Positions 26,338 through 38,395 of a stretch of 64,000 bases of DNA are shown here, one piece after another. A model generated the notes under the pieces. The model was given only the letters and a program-made list of their open reading frames with translations. It did no database searches and was not told the DNA's origin. This DNA comes from Chiloscyllium plagiosum (taxonomy: Eukaryota). The stretch lies in the NCBI RefSeq assembly GCF_004010195.1, contig NC_057718.1, positions 102,372,120 through 102,436,119 on the forward strand, in the 5' to 3' direction. Position numbers and translations under genes: made by a program. Position 1 is the stretch's first letter, and each line of letters begins with the position of its first letter.

Positions 26338-26681
26338 AATAAACTTGTAAGGAGTGCCATCAGTTTAAATTTGCATCATATGCTAGTCCAGGCTCTGTAC
26401 TGAATTTTGCAATGAAAACAATCTCCCGCAGGCATCACAGAGTGACAATTGATTAGTATCATTCACATTATTTCTCCACGATATCACCAGCATAGGGTGC
26501 ATGCTCGACATATCAACATCATTGCAGCGCTCGCTATAAATACACTGTTAATATTTGCCACAAATAAAGAAAGTTTAGAATAAAAACGAATGAAGCATAC
26601 AATAAAAAGGAAGTGAAAATCAGCCTGTAATTGTCTCTCTTCAGCTAGAGAAATATTCACTAGTTACCAAGAGACAATAAG

Positions 26682-26906
26682 AGAAATTGCTGGAAAAGCT
26701 CAGTAGGTCTGGCAGCATCTGTGGAGAGAAACCAAAGTTAACGTTTCAGGTCCAGTGACCCTTCTTCAGTATCCTAAACAATAACCTAAGCAAAAGCTCA
26801 GAGTTATTGTTTAGGATACTGAAGAAGGGTCACTGGACCTGAAACGTTAACTTTGGTTTCTCTCCACAGATGCTGCCAGACCTACTGAGCTTTTCCAGCA
26901 ATTTCT
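26682..26906. repeat. Perfect 104-bp inverted repeat (Penelope-end derived, one hammerhead core per arm) in PLEK 3' UTR
   Basis: 26682-26785 is the exact reverse complement of 26803-26906, with a 17-nt loop. Confidence 0.9.
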
Positions 26907-27116
26907 ATTTTTGTCTCTGATTTACAGCATCCACAGATCTTTCGGTTTTTATTTAGTAATGAGTTACTAAGACACTGCTTTAGCCATTGTGCGTATACAT
27001 CTAGTTGTTTATATCACTGCTGCCAGCAATAAAGAGTTGACTATTTATTTTGAGAGCTAGTTAATGTCTTTAAAGTTCCGGAGAATCAACAATGTGGTAT
27101 TTGCTTGGCTCCATTT

Positions 27117-27256
27117 TTATTTCCCGGTACTTGCTACACTTTTAATAACCTTTATCCACTCAGTGAGCTCTTCCCGTGTTGCAGCCTGGATCAGGTAGTG
27201 CACTTCATCTGATGTGATGATTTCAAAGAGATTCCCCTTAACATCAGATTTCTTTC
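27117..27256 (-). CDS. PLEK: Pleckstrin exon 9 (last coding exon)
   Basis: acAG|(G)KKSDVKGNLFEIITSDEVHYLIQAATREELTEWIKVIKSVASTGK*. Exons 2-9 join in frame (1020 nt, 339 aa plus stop). Confidence 0.93.
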
Positions 27257-27744
27257 CTGTAAAGAAAATTCTTGGCATGAAATAATTGGTGATTAAACTC
27301 GATACAGACCACGAAACCATTATCTCCACATCCAAAAACCCAAAACAGATAAACACGGCAGTGCACCTACTGAGTTCAGGCCCTTTGGAAAAGACTTTGC
27401 TTTTAGCTCAACAGAGTTTTTTTAACCAAAGGGTCCAAACGGACTATAATGGACCCAAGCACCGAAAGTATCCCTTATCAACAAGCCAGCTGTTCTGAGA
27501 TTTTTGGATAAAGGATTGCTGGCCTATATCAAAAAGAAATCATCAAGACCTTACTGGCAATAATGTGTCCTCCATCAAGCAAATTCGGTAAAATACATAG
27601 AAACATCGAAAATAGGAGCAGGAGTAGGCCTTTCGGCCTTTCAAGCCTGCTCCCCCATTCGATTTTATCATGGCTGATAATCCAACTGAGTCCCCCCTTA
27701 AATAGATTAGGAGGGCTATGAAGACTGGATCAGGTCAGAGAGAT

Positions 27745-27925
27745 TGTGTAGGGGCTTCAGGAAGTTACAGAAATAAGAAGGAGTGTAGGGGCTGGAGGGG
27801 GTTACAGAGGTCGGGAGGGGTGTAGGGGGCTTAAAGGGGTTACAGAATTAAGGTAGATTTTAGGGGAGGGAGGAGTTTATGGAATAAGGGCAGATTGTAG
27901 GGACTGGAGGGGGCTACAGATATTT
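27745..27925 (+). repeat. About 37-bp degenerate tandem repeat, about 5 units
   Basis: Unit resembles tgtaggggctggagggggttacagagatagggaggg. Confidence 0.7.
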
Positions 27926-28088
27926 AAAAGGGTCAGGGAGGGATTGAAACCAAGGAGGAGAATTTAGAAATTGGGGTGTTGATGCCTTAAATCAGATTAC
28001 TGCTTGGAAATTACTTATAGGCATTCTTCTTGGTGGGTTTGTAACCTGGTATCAGGGTCCCCTATTTCCGATAAAGAAGGACACTTAC

Positions 28089-28164
28089 CATCTGAAAGAC
28101 CATCAGTCGCTGTCACTACACAACTCCGCAAGTGAATGGAACCAAGAGGCTGGTCCTGATCATC
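28089..28164 (-). CDS. PLEK: Pleckstrin exon 8
   Basis: acAG|DDQDQPLGSIHLRSCVVTATDGLSD(G)|GTaagt; 76 nt, phase 0/1. Confidence 0.9.
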
Positions 28165-28629
28165 CTGTGGAGGCAACAGAATAGAAAACAGAGTCAATAC
28201 ATTCCACCCCTGGGACTGGCCTCTTAATGGATCATGTCAGATTGGCACAACAGTAAATAAGGAGGAGGGTTAGTAACCAGTGAAATGTCAATTTAATGCA
28301 ATTGCTGAAAGAACCAGGCATGCAATGAGGATAGAAAAATGCAGCAAGTTATTAGGCTCTGGAATGAGCTGCATTGAAAGGATGGTGGGAGGAGATTCAG
28401 TGGAAACATTCAGAAAGGATTTTGATAAATACTGTACTTGACAGGATAAGATTTCCCAGAGATTAGGGGAAGTGGGATTGATGCAACAATTCTACCAAGG
28501 AGTAGGCACAGGCGCAATGGAAGAATGGCCACCTTCTGGGCTGTCCTGGGATCTAAGAACTCGAGCGTGATGTCTCCAAAACGACATCTGTCTGCTTTAC
28601 CATCGCTTGTATCTCGTGGCCTGGTGGCA

Positions 28630-28936
28630 TTGATTAGAATAGATTCCCTTCAGTGTGAAAATAGACCCTTCGGCCCAACAAGTCCACACTGACCCTCTGA
28701 AGAGTAACCCACCCAGACCCATTTCCCTCTGACTAATGCACCTAACACTATGGGCAATTTACCTAACCTGCACATCTTTGGACTGTGGGAGGAAACCGGA
28801 GCACCCATAGGAAACCCATGCAGACGTGGGGCGAATGTGCAAACTCCACACAGACAGTCAACCGAGATGGGAATCGAACCTAGGACCCTGGTGCTGTGAG
28901 ACAACAGTGCTAACTACTGAGCCACCGTGCCGCCCA
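28630..28936 (-). mobile_element. HE1-type V-SINE
   Basis: Full head, V domain and tail. Further copies at 31875-32087 (-), 53605-53920 (+), 56372-56666 (-) and 61097-61300 (+, partial). Confidence 0.85.
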
Positions 28937-29408
28937 ATAGGCTCAGGATAGCATGTGAGCTGCTGAAGCCTGTACCAACGTGGAATAGCTGAGCAGTTTC
29001 TGCCGGGCTGGACAGACTTTGTTTCTCTGAATGAGTCTCGGTGACCCACCTGGAACAGGGCGGAAACCCTTCCATCTCCAGCTGGCAGAAACAAGAATTA
29101 AAGACACTAACACACCATTTTTATTGAATGGTGGAGGAGAGAGCAGGTTCGAAGGGCCGAACGGCCCACTCCTGATTTCAAGGGAGCAAGACGCAAACCG
29201 TGCACAGGCACAGTTCCTTCAGATAAGTTGTCAGGGTGGGGTTGCAGGAAGGGATAGGCATTGGAGCAGTGGGAGTAGTGCCCAGGAGGAGGCTCAGAGA
29301 AGGACAAAGGCTGATGGAACGCAGCAGGAAAGGATGGTTAGTACATGCTTCGTCCGAACTGGTGGGGGAGCAGAAGGTGCAGCGAAATGTCTGCAGGGGA
29401 CTGTGTAC

Positions 29409-29492
29409 CGCTGCTGGGTCGTAGTAATGCAGGTAGGCAGGATCATCGTGCAGAACAAACTTTCGGACTTTCCAGTTCTTCCTCCGGTGACC
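29409..29492 (-). CDS. PLEK: Pleckstrin exon 7 (C-terminal PH domain)
   Basis: acAG|GHRRKNWKVRKFVLHDDPAYLHYYDPAA|GTacac; 84 nt, phase 0/0. Confidence 0.93.
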
Positions 29493-30011
29493 CTGTTGGA
29501 GAGGAAAGATGATGGCATCAATACCCTCAGCCAAAACTTCCACCTGAACAAATGTGAACACTTAGGGTCATCATGTCCACACTGACCATAATCCCAAACA
29601 CAGTTAACGATCCAAGTCTGATAGACTTTCCTTCAGATCCAAAGGGGATTGGGAAAGTTGCAGCTTTGATACGGTTAAAAAAAGGCGAAGGAGGAGCAAG
29701 TGGAATAGATGGGAAAGGTGAGCCAGTGCAAAAGGGAAGGCTGGAGCTAAAGGTAGCAAAGAAGTGATAGAAATGTGGAATAGGTGTTAATGGTAGGTGT
29801 TAATAGATCAGAAAGAAAATTGCAGGAAAAACTCAGCAGGTCTGACAGCATCTGTGGAGAGAAATCAGAGTTAACATTTTAGGTCCAGTGATTCTTCTTC
29901 AGAACTGGAGAAAATCTGCTTCAGAAAATAGATCAATTCTGCTGAGAGCAAACCCATACAAACAAGATGACAAAACTCTTCCTGCCATCACTCCCAGTGC
30001 AATGCATGCAC

Positions 30012-30055
<44 letters not shown>

Positions 30056-30215
30056 CTTACCCTCACCCACACAGGTGCACAAACACAACACACACACTCC
30101 CCCACACCTCTGCCAGACACACACTCACACTCTCACAGATAGGCACTCACACATGCACACACAGACAGGTACACACACACACACAGACAGGTACACACAC
30201 ACACATACATACACA
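30012..30215. repeat. (GT)n(TA)n and (CA)n microsatellites
   Basis: Direct inspection. Confidence 0.95.
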
Positions 30216-30385
30216 GTTTGCTAGTGTCTACTTGTAGCAGTAGAGAGTTGCACTAAAACAAATCAACTATGGTACAATACTGTTGTTCATCTCATGGTTT
30301 CACACTTTTATTCCACAGAACAGTATTGCTGTCTCTTCACCCCTGGACTCTCAAATGACCCAGGTCCAAGTCCTGTCTTACTCAC

Positions 30386-30490
30386 CTGCTTCAGCAAACA
30401 GCCCTGTTTCACAATGACTCCTCGAAACTCCTCTTTTAAAATGTCTTCGTCGTCACCTGAGCTTCCTTCACTGAAAAAGCCGCTGTCAGC
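30386..30490 (-). CDS. PLEK: Pleckstrin exon 6
   Basis: ccAG|ADSGFFSEGSSGDDEDILKEEFRGVIVKQGCLLKQ|GTgagt; 105 nt, phase 0/0. Confidence 0.93.
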
Positions 30491-30639
30491 CTGGAAGGTG
30501 GAGGAAATGCCTGCAGTGAGACACAACAAACACCCTCCCAACATAAGGAATATTCAAATTGCACTGAACTGGTCGAGACACATCTTATTTTTGCTGGTTG
30601 TATGAGCAGCATAACTGCGTATAGCTGGAACTGATTATT

Positions 30640-31480
30640 GAGTCATCAGATACAGAAACAGATCCTTGTTGGAACGGTACCTGCATCTACCACTTCCTCT
30701 GGCAGTTCGTTCCACATACGAATCACCCTGTGTGTGTCAAAAAGCTGATTCTCAGGTCCCTTTTAAATCTTTCTCCTCTCACCTTCAAAATATGCCCCTA
30801 GTTTAGAACAGCCCCACCCGAGGTAAAAGACCTTTACTATTTACCTTATCTATGCCCCTCATGATTTTTAAAATCACTATAATGTCACCCCTCAATCTCC
30901 TATGCTCCAGAGAAAAAACTTCCAGCCTATCCAGTCTCTCCTTGTAACTCAAACCTTCCACACCCGGCCATATCCTGGTAAATCTATTCTGAACCCTCTC
31001 CAGTTTAATAATATCCTTTCTATGACAGGGTGACCAGAACTGCATGCAGTACTTCACAAGAGACCTCATTAGCATCCTGTACAACCTCAACATGATGTCC
31101 CAACTCCTATACTCAAAAGGTCTGAGCAATGAGGGCAAGTGTGCTAAATGCCTTCTTAACCACCGTGTCTATCTGTGACACAAATTTCAAAAAACTATGT
31201 GCCCGAACCCCCTAGATCTCTGTCTTCTACAACACTACCCTGGCCCTACCATTGACTGGACATAAGTCTTGTTCTTGTTTGTTTTACCAAAATGCAATAT
31301 CTCACATTTATCCAAATTAAACTCCATCTGCCACTCCTGAGCCCATTGGCCCAATTGATCAAGATCTCTCTGTGATCTTAGATACTTTCTTCAATGTCAT
31401 CCTGAAACATACCAACCACACCTCCTAACCTCACAATCAAATCATTTACATAAATTACCAACCCTGCACCAATCCCTGTG
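30640..31480 (-). mobile_element. CR1 LINE 3' fragment
   Basis: FEYRSWDIMLRLYRMLMRSLVKYCMQFWSPCHRKDIIKLERVQ. Confidence 0.85.
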
Positions 31481-31569
31481 GATCAGGAGATTCCTGGGGA
31501 GGCAATGGCCTAGTAGTATTATTGCTAAATTATTAATTCAGAAACTCAGCTAACCTTCTGGGCACCCTT

Positions 31570-33150
31570 ACTGACATTGTGAGCTACAGCCAAAATTGAG
31601 AGAGCTGTCTCACAGGCTAGTCAAGCAACAGCCTGACACAGTCATACTCACAGAATCACAGAAAAGTGTTGGAAGGTGTCATCCACAGTGCTGTCCAGCA
31701 GCACCTGCTCAGCAATAACCTATGCAGTGACGCCCAGTTTGGCTTTTGCCAGGGTCACTCAGCTCCTGACTCATTACACCTTCATTCAAGTATGGGCAAA
31801 AGAGCTGAATTCCACAGCTGAGGTGAGAGTGACAGCCCTTGGCATCAAGGCTGCATTCGACAGTGTGGCATCAAGGATTAGATTAGATTCCCAACAGTGT
31901 GGAAACAGGCACTTCAGCCCAACAAGTCCTCACCGACCCTCCGAAGAGCAACCCACCTCTCTCTGACTAATGCAGCTAACACTATGGGCAATTTAGCATG
32001 GCCAACTCACCTGACTTGCACAACTTTGGACTGTGGGAGGAAACCGGAGCACCCGGAGGAAACCCACACAGACACGGGGAGAATGTGCCCGAGTAAAACT
32101 GGAGTCAATGGGTATCAGGGGACAAACTCTCCACTGATTGGTGTCATAGCACATAGGAAGATAGTTGTGGTTGGAAGTCAGTCATCTCAGCTCAAGGACA
32201 TCTCTGGGTAGTATCCATGGCCCAACCATCTTCAGCTGCTTCACCAATGACCTTCCCTCCATCATAAGTTCAGAAGTGGGGATGTTCGTTGATAATTGCA
32301 CCATATTCAACATCATTCCTGACTCCTCAGATACTGAAGCAGTCCATTTTCAAATGCAACAAGATCTGGACAATATCCAGGTTTGGATTAACAAGTGGCA
32401 AGTAACATTTATGTCACACATATACCACGCTGCGACCATCACCAATAACAGACAATCAAACCACCGCCCCATGATATTGAATGGTCTCACCATCACTGAA
32501 CCACCCACAATCAATATTCTGGGTGTTTCCAGTAACTCAACTGGACTCACCACATAAACACAGTGACTCCAAAGAACAGGTCAGAGGCGAAGAATACTGT
32601 AGCAAGTAACTCACCTCCGGACTCCCCCTGTCTCTCCATCATCTAAAATGCACAAGTCAGGAGTGTGATGGGATAATTCCCACTTGCCTGGATGAATGGA
32701 GTTCCAACAACATTCAAGAAGCTTAACACCATCCAGAACAAAGCAGCTGCTTCATTGGCACCACATCCACAAGCGTCCACTCCCTCCACCACTGGCACTC
32801 AGTAGCAGCAGTGTGTACTATCTACAAGATGCACTGCAGCAATTCACCAAAGATCCTTAGATAGCAACTTCCAAACCCACGACCACTTCCATCTAAAAAC
32901 ACCACCACCTACAAGCTCCCTTCCAAGCCACCCACCATCTTGACTTGGAAATATATTGCCGTTCTTTCACAGTCGCTGATCAAAATCCTGGAATTGCCTC
33001 CCCAAGGGTATTGGGGGATCTATCTACAACAGGTGGACTGCAGTGGTACAAGAAGGCAGCTCACCCCTCCTTCTCAAATGGCAACTAGGAACAGGCAATA
33101 AATGCTGGACCCAGCAACTGTGCCCACATCCCACAAATGAATGAAGAAAA
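31570..33150 (+). mobile_element. Second CR1/L2-clade LINE family, decayed RT plus 3' tail
   Basis: VRVTALGIKAAFDSV; GSIHGPTIFSCFTNDLPSIISSEVGMFVDNCT (FADD region). The tail gggcaataaatgctgg..cccacatccca..tgaatgaa also occurs at 4470-4650, 22680-23185 (-), 45010-45185 and 52330-52535. Confidence 0.75.
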
Positions 33151-33220
33151 AGACTGGATGCTGGTCACAGGCATCCAGTCCGAGAAACAACCCTCCACCA
33201 CCACCCTCTGTCTCCTACGT

Positions 33221-33254
33221 TTCCTGAAGAAGGGCTTATGCCCGAAACGTCGAT
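33221..33254 (+). ncRNA. Minimal type I hammerhead ribozyme motif (Penelope-associated), intact core
   Basis: uc-CUGAAGA-a-GGGC uuau GCCC-GAAA-CGUC^ga: canonical core, 4-bp stem II, palindromic ACGU stem III, GUC cleavage triplet. Confidence 0.7.
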
Positions 33255-35318
33255 TCTCCTGTTGCCTGGATGCTGCCTGACCTGCTGTGCTTTTCCAGCA
33301 ACACATTTTCAGCTCTGATCTCCAGCATCTGCAGCCCTCACTTTCTTCTCCTACTTTCAAGCCAATTTTGTAGCCAATTTGTAAGCTCTCCCTGAATCTC
33401 TTGGATCTAACTTCATTAATTAGCTGACCATGCGAAAACTTATCATTGGCTTTAGTGCCTGATCCAGTGAATGGAGATTGGAAGGGGGAGGGAGAGAGAG
33501 AAAGGGGGGGAGAAGGGGGTAGGGGGCAATGCCCTTTTTTTGCTGCTAAACTGCCTCTTCTTATCTGCTCTGATACCACATCAGGATGTTTTTCTGAGGC
33601 AGCTAACATTTCCTAACATTTCAGTGTTCAAAGTGACTAGTGTCGAAGGACTTCTGCACCGTCAGAGACCCTGTCTTTTGGAAGACATGCCTGGAGACTT
33701 CACCTGGAGTTGTTGTGAATTGTACCGTGAACAACAGGAAGAAAGGAGTGTCTCTTTGGAGCAAGTGTGGTGTAGATTCACTAGAAGGAGACCTGGGTCA
33801 GTGATCTTTTAAATCAATTCACTCGGGGGATGTTATTACAAACTTCTCAAACAGGTGGAACTTAAACCTGGGCTCCTAGTTCAGAAGTAGGGACACTACC
33901 ACTGCACCACACAAGCCCTTCAGCCAGGATTGTTTTCCCTGAGATTTAGGAGGCTCAAGGAGGATTTGGTTCAAGTTTTCAAAACACGAAGAAAAACAGA
34001 GAGGGTCGATGGAAATCCACTATTTCTGCTGGTTGGGCAGAGGTGTCTAGAACTGACGTTTCAAGCTGAATTCCTGAACATTAAAATTCAGAACTGACAT
34101 GAGGAAACACCTCTTCACACAAAAAGTGATTGGTAATTTTGTAAAAAAAAAATAAAGACCTGCAGATGCTGGAAATCAGAAACAAAAACAGCAAAAGCGA
34201 TGTAAACTTTTTGGGTCCACCGACCCTTCTTCAAAATTCTTCTGATTTCTGCTTTCTCTCCCAGATTCTGCCAAGGCTGCTGAGATTTTCCCACAATTTC
34301 TGTTTTTGTTAGACTATTTTGGACCTCTTCTTCCAACAGCTATTGATGCTACGTCAACAGTTAATTTTAAATCAGAGAGACTGATGGGGTAAGGGCAGCC
34401 ATACGGGGTTAGGTCACAGATCAGCCATGATCTCACTGAATAGTGGAACAGACTTGAGGGGCTGAATGGCCTACTCAAGATTCAAAAGGGGCAACATTTT
34501 TCACACTGAAGGAATAATCTGCCAGGGTAAGTGGTAGACTGGTACAATTACAACATTTAAAATACATGTGGACAGGTACATGGATAGGAAAAGGTTTAAA
34601 GGGATATGGGCCAAATGCAGGCAAATGGGACTAACTCAATCTAGGAAATCTGGTTGGCATGGACGAGTTGGGCTGAAGGGCATGTTTCAATGCTGTACAA
34701 CTCTATGACCCTAAAACAACTTATCTCAGTGATGTGTGTGAACAAATTTGTGTACATTTCCAAACTGACTAAAATACTATTCACCCTGTGGAAATTCAAC
34801 AAAGATTTTAACTATACTCTGATAATTGCAAGCATTTTTCTTGCCATGGAGAAAAGTAAAACTACTTGCTCCAGTTGGTGTGATGATATCAAGGCACAGG
34901 CAATGGGGATAAGGCAGGGGAATGGATAATTTGAAAAGCTCTCCACAGATGCTACCAGATCTGTCGAGTTTCTCCAGCATGCTTTGTCTATCTGATCTCC
35001 TGCACATGTACTATTTTATTTTTATTCACATGTCAGCACAAGCCTAAGAGACTAGGATCTGTCCCTCCAGGCTGTATCCTTCTATTCCTGTATATGTGAA
35101 GATGTTACAGAACCCATGTTACAGATTGTTGATGCATGAATGATTTCAAACATTTCTGTTAAGACTCCCTTTTAAACCCCCACCCACCCCATCCAAGGTA
35201 GTACATAATCCAAGCAGAGAAAGGGCATTCGTCTTTCATCCAAACAGAACCATTGATTTCAGACACACCACAAAAACAAGATAATGGAATGAAAGACAGA
35301 AATCTTCTGAGCTCTTAC

Positions 35319-35503
35319 GAAATAATAATATGCATTGGAGTCATCAATAAAGCAGTTTTCAGCGATGCGCTCAGCTGCTGATTTGGCCTTCTCTTCAGCT
35401 GGCTGAACATAACCATCACAAACAAGGGCTGCTGCCAGCATCATTCCCTCTCGCCGATTCCTGACAAAGTTAGATGACAGCAACCAATCAATCACAGAGG
35501 CAC
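35319..35503 (-). CDS. PLEK: Pleckstrin exon 5 (DEP domain)
   Basis: gcAG|(G)ASVIDWLLSSNFVRNRREGMMLAAALVCDGYVQPAEEKAKSAAERIAENCFIDDSNAYYYF|GTaaga; 185 nt, phase 1/0. Confidence 0.93.
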
Positions 35504-35649
35504 CTGCAATAATAACGCAAAAAAAATCACTTTGTGTTCTTTATTCTAGGGATGCAAGCAACACAGGGGCAAGGTTTTATTTCATACCCACCCATAATTG
35601 CTCCTAAGATCGTGGTAGGACAGTCAATCACTTATTGCAGGATTGGAGT

Positions 35650-36300
35650 CTAGATTAGGAAGGGGTTGGTATCTCAGAGGCCCAGGCAAACATTCATGGC
35701 ATTGGGGTTCAAATCCTACCATGGTAACTGGTGGAATTTAAATTTAATTGGTAACATTTGTAAAAGAAGGTTCATCTGAGCAATAGCAATCATGAAACTT
35801 CCATCAATTATTGTTAAAACAAAAACATCCAGTTCACTAATGTCCTTTGGAGAAGGAACGCAAATCTGCTGTTTCCACATGGTCTGGCCAACGAGTGACT
35901 CGAGACCCACAGCAATGTGGGTGACTCTTAACTGATGTCATCAACATAGAGTCATAGAGTCATAGAGATGTACAGCATGGAATCAGACCCTTCGGTCCAA
36001 CCTGTCCATGCCGACCAGATATCCCAACTCAATCTAGTCCCACCTGCCAGCACCCAGCCCATATCCCTCCAAACCCTTTCTATTCATATACCCATCCAAA
36101 TGCCTCTTAAATGTCTACCTGCAACTCCACTTTCGTACTAACTGTACCTCTTATGCTCGCATCCAAATCTTTTATGTAAATGACAAAAAGTAGAGGACCC
36201 GGCGCCGATCAACTGAGTAAAACTCAGTTTGAAGGGTAATTAGGGATGTGAAACAAATATTGATCTTGTTTGCAATGCCCACATACTATGAAAGAATAAA
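35650..36300 (+). mobile_element. Second tRNA-derived SINE family, interrupted by a CR1 tail (35945-36210)
   Basis: ggggttcaaatcc B-box, ..gttcactaatgtccttt.gg.aagga..cacagcaatgtgg, and a tail like that of the 31570-33150 LINE. A minus copy lies at about 21780-22290. Confidence 0.6.
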
Positions 36301-36556
36301 ACGTAAACACTGATCAATTCATGAACCTTCACATGAATTATGTGAGAGACAAGACTTTAATACAGATCACCAGATTTATCACAACATGCAATAGTGAGGT
36401 TTGAGTTCTTGTTTATATTTATTCACGGGCATTGCTGCTGGGTCAGCATTTAGTGCCCATTCTAATTATCTTGAAGAAGGTGGTGGTGAGCTGCCATCTT
36501 GAACTACTGCATTCCTGAGGGTCCACATTATCCTGCTATCTAAGTGACTTGTCAAA

Positions 36557-36925
36557 TAGAGTCATAGAGTCATACAGGGTGGAAACAGACCCTTCAGTCC
36601 AACTAATCTATGCTGAACATTATCCCCAAACTAAAGCAGTCCCACCTGCCTGCTCCTGGCCCATATCCCTCCAAACCTTTCCTATTCATGTACTTATCCA
36701 AATGCCTTCTAGATGTTTTAATTTTACTTGCATCCCCACTTCCCTCAGGAAGTTCATTCCACAAGAGAACCAGCCCCTGTGTAAAAAAATTTGCCCCCAT
36801 GCCTATTTTAAAATCTTACTATTCTCACCTTAAAAATGCGCCCTTGAGTCTTGAAATCCCCCATCCTAGGGAAAAGACAGCTACCATCTATACCTCTCAT
36901 TATTTTATAAACTTCTATAAGGTTT
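36557..36925 (-). mobile_element. CR1 LINE 3' fragment
   Basis: FFTQGLVLLWNELPE..RRHLDKYMNRKGLEGYGPGAGRWD; (atagagtc)n tail. Confidence 0.85.
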
Positions 36926-37614
36926 CCTCTCCTCCTTGTAATCTTAATGGTTTCAAAGCCTTATTAACATGCACATTTATCATATACACATATCTTCCAT
37001 TGAAATCAATATCCATTTTTCTTTGATTAGCTCAAATAAATTTATTAGCCTACATATATACACTGACATAGACTCCACAACAGAGCATATTGTATCTATG
37101 TAGTTTTCCATTGTTCAGATTTTTCCATCAGAGACAACGTTATTCTATTTGCCACTCACTCTGAGGAGAGATGCAATCTGTGTCACAGATTTGCCCTATC
37201 CTGATGCCAGTTTGAATCTGGTGCTAAATTAAGGGGGATCTACAGGAACCCAGCAACAGTGACATCATCAAGCAAGCTAACGACCAATGGCATTAATGTA
37301 TTCTCGCTGACAGCAAATCAAGAACCGATGATTATCTTCCACTTTTTATACATTTTATAGAAGGCAAAATAAATGCTTAGACAATGCACAGAAGAAAATG
37401 AAATATCACATTTTTCTTTTTACACGACTTTTTAAAAATACACTTTATTACTTTGGAATACCAGGCAATTCGCATCAAACTGGAAAAAAAACAATTGATC
37501 TCCCTCAAGTGTACAATTATTTGTCGAAGGCCAGAACAGTTGGACAGAAGTGGTTACGATTTTGCATACAATTATATCTCACTAACAAGGAGAATGTAAA
37601 AGCGACATTAAAAG

Positions 37615-38395
37615 GGAAGTTACATCCACTTTGTTGGCAAAAACAGTAAGAGAGACTGTGATCTGAATGGTGGCAGTTTAGGGAAATGTGAGAAGCAATG
37701 AGAGCTGGGTGTCATGGTGGAACAGTCACTGAAGGTTGGTATGCAGGTGCGGCAGGCAGTGAGGAAAGCTAATGGCATGCTGGCCTTCATAGTGAGAGGA
37801 TTTGAGTATTGGAGTAGAGATGTCTTGCTGCAGTTAAACAGGGCATTGGTGAGGCCATATCTTGAGTATTGTGTGCAGTTTTGGTGTCCTAGTCTGAGGA
37901 AGGACATTCTTTCTATTGAGGGGGTCCAGAGATGGTTCACCAAACTGATTCCCGGGATGGCAGGAGTGACATATGAAGAAAGACTGAGTCAATTGGGCTT
38001 CTACTCACTGGACTTTAGAAGAATGAGGGTGGATTGTATAGAAATGTATAAAATACTGATGGAACTTGACAGGCCTGATGCATGAAGAATGTTCCTGATG
38101 CTAAGGAATTGCAGAACTAGGGGTCATAGTCAAAGAAGAAGGGGTAAGCCATTCAGGACTGAGATGAGGAAGAACTTCTTCAGAGAATTGGGAGCCTATG
38201 GAATTCTCTCCCACAGGAAGCTGTTGGGGTCAGTTTGTTAGATATATTCAAGAAGGAGCCGGATGTGGCCCTTGCGGCTAAAGGGATTAAGGGATATGGG
38301 GAGAGGGCGGGTGTGGGATAATGTGATTGCATGATCAGCTAGGTGTAGGCTTGAAGGGCCGAACAGCCTGCTCCTACACCTATTTTCTATGTTTC
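37615..38395 (+). mobile_element. CR1 LINE 3' fragment
   Basis: VRKANGMLAFIVRGFEY..LVRPYLEYCVQFW..IEGVQRWFTKLIPGM. Confidence 0.85.

Noticed and set aside
27745..27925. Tandem repeats as a CRISPR array (also 59550-59853)
   Set aside because: Degenerate contiguous units without spacers, in a vertebrate genome with no cas genes.
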